From Candidatus Woesearchaeota archaeon CG10_big_fil_rev_8_21_14_0_10_44_13 (lineage in GTDB: Archaea > Nanobdellota > Nanobdellia > Woesearchaeales > UBA12501): a DNA stretch of 64,000 nt. The translations under genes were made by a program, and so were the position numbers. This document shows, piece by piece, positions 59,289-64,000 of the stretch. Each line of letters starts with the position of its first letter. Within the stretch, counting starts at the first letter, position 1. A model generated the notes under the pieces. It did not search any database. It saw only the letters and a program-made list of their open reading frames with translations, and was not told the origin of the DNA. The stretch is taken from positions 7,464-71,463 of the forward strand of contig PCXZ01000003.1 of assembly GCA_002762985.1 (NCBI GenBank). The letters are read 5' to 3'.

Positions 59289-60218
59289 TTATTTAGAAGG
59301 CTTATTATAACCATTTTCGGATGCTTGTTTTGTTGAGGCATTGATATCATAAACTCCCCCATGGCCAAAAACCATAAGGCCGCCTTTCCTTGCCTCTTCT
59401 ATTATCCTCATTATGGACTGCAGTGCAGCCTGGTCAAGCGCAGCCCTCTCAATAACATCGTCTGTCTGCCAATCTTTTGTCGGGATGTTTGAGCCATAGA
59501 CTGCAGCCCTCTGCATTTCAGGGTCTTTTTTAAGCGCCATTTTGAGGTATCTTTTGTCGCAGATGCTGTCGCCCGCGAAAACTATCCTTCCTGTCCTGTA
59601 TTCTTCTCCTGTCTCAAGATTTACCATCACAATTCCCTCCCTGTCTTCAATTGTGAATGCCTTGTTCGCCGGTGCATGGCCTTCTGCGTCGTATATCTTC
59701 AATCCCAGCGGCCTGCCTGCATGATGGTTAGTCCTGTACCTTATGAATTTGCTGCTTGTTATATCCCTCTGCCTGTGGCCCTCATAGAATCTCCTGAAAT
59801 TATTGAATCTTTTGCTGTCATTCGGCCCCAACACGACATCGAGCAGTTTGTCATTCTCATCAGCCATCCAGTAGGAATTCCTGAACATGTCATTGTTCCC
59901 GTTGTGGTCAGGATGCGAATGGCCGTGGTATATGCTTCTTACATATTTTACAGGGTTGCATCTCTCTTCCCTTGCGATGGTTTCAAGCGATTTTCCAAGT
60001 ATTTCCCTGTCAGCGAAATCGCCGGAGTCGATCATGTAGATGCCATGCGATGACCTCACCCAGAGGACTGTGCCTCCTCCTGTCACTTCCCTCCCCAGCT
60101 TCTGCGAGAATTCCCTTTTCCTTCTGCCTTCTTCGATATCCGTCAGGATCTGCATTATATTTTCATCAGGGCCCGCTGTGCATGTTCCCTGGACAGCAAT
60201 ATAGATCCTAATTGTCAT
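59289..60218 (-). CDS. MBL-fold metallo-hydrolase
   Basis: IDSG, HSHPDHNGN, GHAP, FAGD and FGHG. Confidence 0.85.
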   Translation of the reverse strand: MTIRIYIAVQGTCTAGPDENIMQILTDIEEGRRKREFSQKLGREVTGGGTVLWVRSSHGIYMIDSGDFADREILGKSLETIAREERCNPVKYVRSIYHGHSHPDHNGNNDMFRNSYWMADENDKLLDVVLGPNDSKRFNNFRRFYEGHRQRDITSSKFIRYRTNHHAGRPLGLKIYDAEGHAPANKAFTIEDREGIVMVNLETGEEYRTGRIVFAGDSICDKRYLKMALKKDPEMQRAAVYGSNIPTKDWQTDDVIERAALDQAALQSIMRIIEEARKGGLMVFGHGGVYDINASTKQASENGYNKPSK

Positions 60219-60247
60219 TTTGCATCAGCACCTTTTGTTGCGTCATC

Positions 60248-60988
60248 TCATCCCTCGATTCTCCTTGCGATATAATCCGCAGCTTCCTTCATTGCGGAGA
60301 TCTCATGAAGCCCCACTGCAGGTCTCTTCGCCTTATCAGCCATCGTCACAACGAACTTTATCCTGGATTCAGACGGTTCCGCCCAGCTCTGGCTTCTCTT
60401 TGCATCAAGACGGAAGTTATCGCCGCAATATATGAATTCAGCAGGGCATCTTTTGTACATTGGCGCTTTTCCTGGCGCATATGAGAGAAAATCCTGCCAT
60501 GCCCCGACCTGTTTTTTTGTGATAGGCAGAGGGATGAGTATGTCGCTGAAATCTATGCCCTGCTTATCGCCGGCCATGCGGTCCACGCCGAAACCCACGA
60601 TGACTACAGAGCCGTCATTTATCATGTGATTATTGTTTTTTATTGCTGATTCTACAAACATCTTCCTTGTAGCATAATTGCCTGCGGCTTCAAGGATATG
60701 ATTCGCCCCATACAATTGAGTATGGATCTCACCGACCCTGAGAAGCGAGTCTCCGCTGAAAAAACCTTTTATGACATCAACGATGGTCTCATTCCCGGAC
60801 CTGATCTCTTCCTCTGCTGCTTTCCTTATCGCAACTACGGCGGGATTCTCACCATTCAGCCAGGCATGGGCATAGAAATCGATCACTGCTTTTGCCAGAA
60901 TGCGCTGGTTTTTTGCGAATACCCTGTTCATGTAGTCTGCACGTATTATCTCTTCTGCAAATGCTTTTTGGTGAATCGCTTGCGCCAT
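60248..60988 (-). CDS. Hypothetical protein
   Basis: 246-aa ORF with GAAGGT SD-like sequence upstream. Confidence 0.65.
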   Translation of the reverse strand: MAQAIHQKAFAEEIIRADYMNRVFAKNQRILAKAVIDFYAHAWLNGENPAVVAIRKAAEEEIRSGNETIVDVIKGFFSGDSLLRVGEIHTQLYGANHILEAAGNYATRKMFVESAIKNNNHMINDGSVVIVGFGVDRMAGDKQGIDFSDILIPLPITKKQVGAWQDFLSYAPGKAPMYKRCPAEFIYCGDNFRLDAKRSQSWAEPSESRIKFVVTMADKAKRPAVGLHEISAMKEAADYIARRIEG

Positions 60989-61021
60989 TTTGACCTTCTA
61001 AAGAATATCAAAAAGAAAAAA

Positions 61022-61219
61022 CTACCTGTATACTTTCTTAGTATCAGCTTCAAGCAGCCTTACCTTCCTCTCAAGCTCGTAGATCCTCTGCTTCATGTCC
61101 CTCTGGTTGCTGTTCAAGAAAAGTATCCACTCATTGAGGCTCTGCTTCAGTTCCATGACTTCCTTCTTCATCTTCCTGAAAGAGTTCGCCACTTTGCCTG
61201 TAAAGTCGATTAAAACCAT
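61022..61219 (-). CDS. Small coiled-coil protein
   Basis: Heptad pattern and AGGTGG SD. Confidence 0.7.
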   Translation of the reverse strand: MVLIDFTGKVANSFRKMKKEVMELKQSLNEWILFLNSNQRDMKQRIYELERKVRLLEADTKKVYR

Positions 61220-61479
61220 TTATACCACCTAATGACGTTATTTTGATATATCTTAATGTTATTACTTAATAGTGATTAACTTATATATAAAGCTTTCGGT
61301 CGGAGATTGTTAAGCCCATCTGCTGAAAATCCGTAAACGTGATTTTCAAGTGATACGCAACAGCAAGGACCATCTCGCTTTGCTCGATGGTCCGAATAAT
61401 TTGCGCAGTTGTGCTCGAAAAGTGGGTTGCACGCCACCAATCCAATAAAAAAAGAATTCAATAAAAAAATAATAAATAT

Positions 61480-62193
61480 CTACCCCACATAGCTCAGCCT
61501 TTTCTTCATCTGCATGTCAGATGTCGTCTTGCTCTTCTCCAGCAGACCTTTTATCTTGCTCTCGAATTTCTGGGCCTGCGCCATCAAAGGCTTAGTGTCT
61601 ATCTTCAGCCCGAGCAGTTTATCCAGGATCTCGATGATTTTTGCGGCAGCGATGCTGTCCGGCAATGCAGAATGCGTCTCAGCGAATATGCAGCTCAATG
61701 GCAGTGATTCAGCATCGAGAAGCATGGCTCCTGTGACCCCGAGTATGATCCCTTCCTTCAAAGGCCCGATGTTGTTCTTTGCGAATATCTTCCTTGAATC
61801 ATCGTTTGTTGTATAGTAAAAGCATTTTGATTTTTCTGCTTCTTCTGTTGGAGAAGCGACGCCTTCAAGCCCTATGACCTGCCTTGCCTTGAGCTCTTTC
61901 GCAAGGTTCGTTATCGCGTCTGCGAGCTTCCATTCTATGCCCTGGACGCTCGTTATGATATGCACGATGAGTATGTTCGTCTTCTTGTCATAGAATATCC
62001 CTATGGGGTTGACTATCTTGCTGTCATGTATCGCTATCATCGCAGGTATCTCATCGGATTTTATCACTCCGATCTGCTCTGCCTTCAATTGCTCTATGAG
62101 AAATTCAGTCGTAATCGTCCCGACAAGCCCGAATCCCGGAAAACCCTCGATTATTATGGGGTTCATGGGCCTTTTCCTGAGTTCAATCTTCAT
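61480..62193 (-). CDS. PAC2-family proteasome assembly chaperone
   Basis: IEGFPGFGLVG.I, GII.G.TG, AET....PD..AAA, and a C-terminal SYVG tail. Confidence 0.92.
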   Translation of the reverse strand: MKIELRKRPMNPIIIEGFPGFGLVGTITTEFLIEQLKAEQIGVIKSDEIPAMIAIHDSKIVNPIGIFYDKKTNILIVHIITSVQGIEWKLADAITNLAKELKARQVIGLEGVASPTEEAEKSKCFYYTTNDDSRKIFAKNNIGPLKEGIILGVTGAMLLDAESLPLSCIFAETHSALPDSIAAAKIIEILDKLLGLKIDTKPLMAQAQKFESKIKGLLEKSKTTSDMQMKKRLSYVG

Positions 62194-62352
62194 TCTACAC
62201 CTCTTTTAAGCACTAAAATCAGGGAAGTATATAAATTTTTTTGAAGACGCCTGATATGCGGTTTGTATATGGGATTATATCGTAACCTTTATATATAGAA
62301 ATGCTTATTTTGGGCTTATCAGGCAGGCCTATTACCTAGAAAAGAAGGTGAA

Positions 62353-63504
62353 TTGATGAATAAAAGGCGATTTAAGTTATTTTTAGGCATATTTTTCCTA
62401 TTCACTCTCTTCTCGACAGCAGTCTATGCCCAGGGGAATCCTTTTGATGTGATATTCAGGGCAGTTGAGAGGATAGGGCCGCTGTATGCGAAATATTTCT
62501 ATGCAATCGACTGCATAATGTATGCAGTTATCCTCATCGGCGCAGCGCAATATGCGCTTAATCAGCAGTTCGAAGGCAGAGGAGGCAAAGCAGTCATAAT
62601 AGGCCTTGGCTCTTCTCTTGCGATTGCAGCTTCATACTTTGAGTACAGGCAGGGCGCCAGCGGCTTCAAGCTGATAGGCAATCTTGCGCCTGCTGCAGTG
62701 ATACTCACATTGATACTTTTCATGTTCCTTTTCTACAGGCTGTTCACAAACCTGGGGGCGAACGGAAGGGTCGCAGGCATGCTGATGTTCTCGATAGGCT
62801 TCTTCTACATCAACTCACAGTTCCCGCAGATAGGCGCATGGGCGATAAGCAAAGGCGACTGGCTCGCCTTTGTATGGGCCATACTCGAGGCAATGGCAAT
62901 CATAATGTTCGTATGGGGAATAATAGAATTGATCGCCATGTTCGTAAAGGCAAGCGGTGTCGGAGGAGGGATAAGCAGCATGTTCTCGCCGAGAGACAGG
63001 ACAGCCGACACGACAAGAACCGCACCGACAACAGCAAGGGACGAAGTAGCGCCTCCTTCTACAGAGAGGGAAGAGCCCGAGTATGATATAAAACGTCCTG
63101 GTTTCATAGAAGCTTTTGTCACAGACCTGAGGAACAATCCTCTTGCAGGAGTTGATGTGATAGCGATAGGGGCATCCGCAGGAGTCCCGAGACAATGGGC
63201 TTTCTGGAGGAGAAGGTCGCCTTTCTGGAGAGAGGAGACAGGCGATGATGGCAGGGCAGTGATCAAGGTCCCTTCGGGAAACCTGAGAGTAGAGGCGAAC
63301 GGAAGAGGATGGAAATTCTATGACCTCACATGCGCGAACGTGAAGACGACATTCGTGATCGTAGAGGCCGGTCAGACAACGACAATAGCGATAAGGATGA
63401 GGAAGGATGAGACGCAGCCTAATCCGCACATAATCAATGTAGAGACGCAGCAGGGAAATACACGGGATGAGAACCAATATCATTTCGTAGGGAGAATTGA
63501 TTGA
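62353..63504 (+). CDS. Multi-pass membrane protein with C-terminal carboxypeptidase-regulatory-like Ig domain
   Basis: Several TMs, then VTD..NNPLAGVDV...TGDDG......VPSG. Confidence 0.75.
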   Translation: MMNKRRFKLFLGIFFLFTLFSTAVYAQGNPFDVIFRAVERIGPLYAKYFYAIDCIMYAVILIGAAQYALNQQFEGRGGKAVIIGLGSSLAIAASYFEYRQGASGFKLIGNLAPAAVILTLILFMFLFYRLFTNLGANGRVAGMLMFSIGFFYINSQFPQIGAWAISKGDWLAFVWAILEAMAIIMFVWGIIELIAMFVKASGVGGGISSMFSPRDRTADTTRTAPTTARDEVAPPSTEREEPEYDIKRPGFIEAFVTDLRNNPLAGVDVIAIGASAGVPRQWAFWRRRSPFWREETGDDGRAVIKVPSGNLRVEANGRGWKFYDLTCANVKTTFVIVEAGQTTTIAIRMRKDETQPNPHIINVETQQGNTRDENQYHFVGRID

Positions 63505-63506
63505 AG

Positions 63507-64000
63507 ATGGTTGATACTGATCAGCAGATAAGGGATAAATTGACGGAGATAAGAGGCATATTTGATGGTCTCTCGCGTATTTATTATTATCCTGATCCTC
63601 AAAGCCGAAATAGGATTCATGGCGATCCCCATCTAAACAATATGGACCTTTATGTGAGCGGTTTTGATGAACTGGACGCCCTCATGACCCGCAATCCGAA
63701 TCTTCAGCCTTATGACAATGATCTCGTTGTGATTGCAAGATCTGCACTGAAGACGATGGCATGTCTGAGGTTTTTTGCAATCGGCGCCCGAACCAATAAC
63801 GATGAAAGACTTCTTAATGACTGCATCAACCACTCAAGGACAGTTCTACGAGGCATAAACAGCATCAACCAGAAATTATCAACATCACATACTAATCTGC
63901 CTGATCTCACTTCAATGATCCTCCAATTGAGGGTGGCAATCCACGAGGTCATCGATGAATGCACACAATATGCAGGAGAGATGAGGGCAAGAGCACAGGC
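63507..64000 (+). CDS. Hypothetical protein (runs off window)
   Basis: ATG at 63507, frame open to the end of the window. Confidence 0.65.
   Translation, partial: MVDTDQQIRDKLTEIRGIFDGLSRIYYYPDPQSRNRIHGDPHLNNMDLYVSGFDELDALMTRNPNLQPYDNDLVVIARSALKTMACLRFFAIGARTNNDERLLNDCINHSRTVLRGINSINQKLSTSHTNLPDLTSMILQLRVAIHEVIDECTQYAGEMRARAQ

Noticed and set aside
61300-61443. 5S rRNA
   Set aside because: TTAAGCCC is reminiscent, but the conserved CCGAAC loop and 5S helix layout are absent.

Overview
Archaeal chromosomal window, most consistent with a DPANN lineage such as Woesearchaeota. This is inferred from rpoL, a PAC2 proteasome chaperone, Tyw1, CCA-less intron-containing tRNAs, a bacterial-type GAPDH and many lineage-specific hypotheticals. 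Main contents: (i) an AT-rich block at 1-7042 with three tandem, translationally coupled gene pairs, each a secreted PepSY-like protein plus an S8 prodomain, of which only the last pair carries the catalytic subtilase; (ii) housekeeping and hypothetical genes; (iii) a copper/Fe-S stress island at about 23.4-33.9 kb; (iv) three tRNAs (Gly-GCC, Ile-UAU, Glu-CUC) carrying five BHB-type introns, three of them at non-canonical positions; (v) several toxin-antitoxin pairs whose toxins look disabled. The most striking unannotated signal is a set of non-coding palindromic elements. It includes a two-copy transposase-free IS200/IS605-type element (TTAT sites, AATA guides), one copy of which interrupts a toxin gene while the other has gained extra hairpins. 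It also includes tandem-GA hairpin modules next to tRNAs, in intergenic arrays and between a 40-bp duplication of the gap 3' end. All calls were made by eye, without database searches or folding software.
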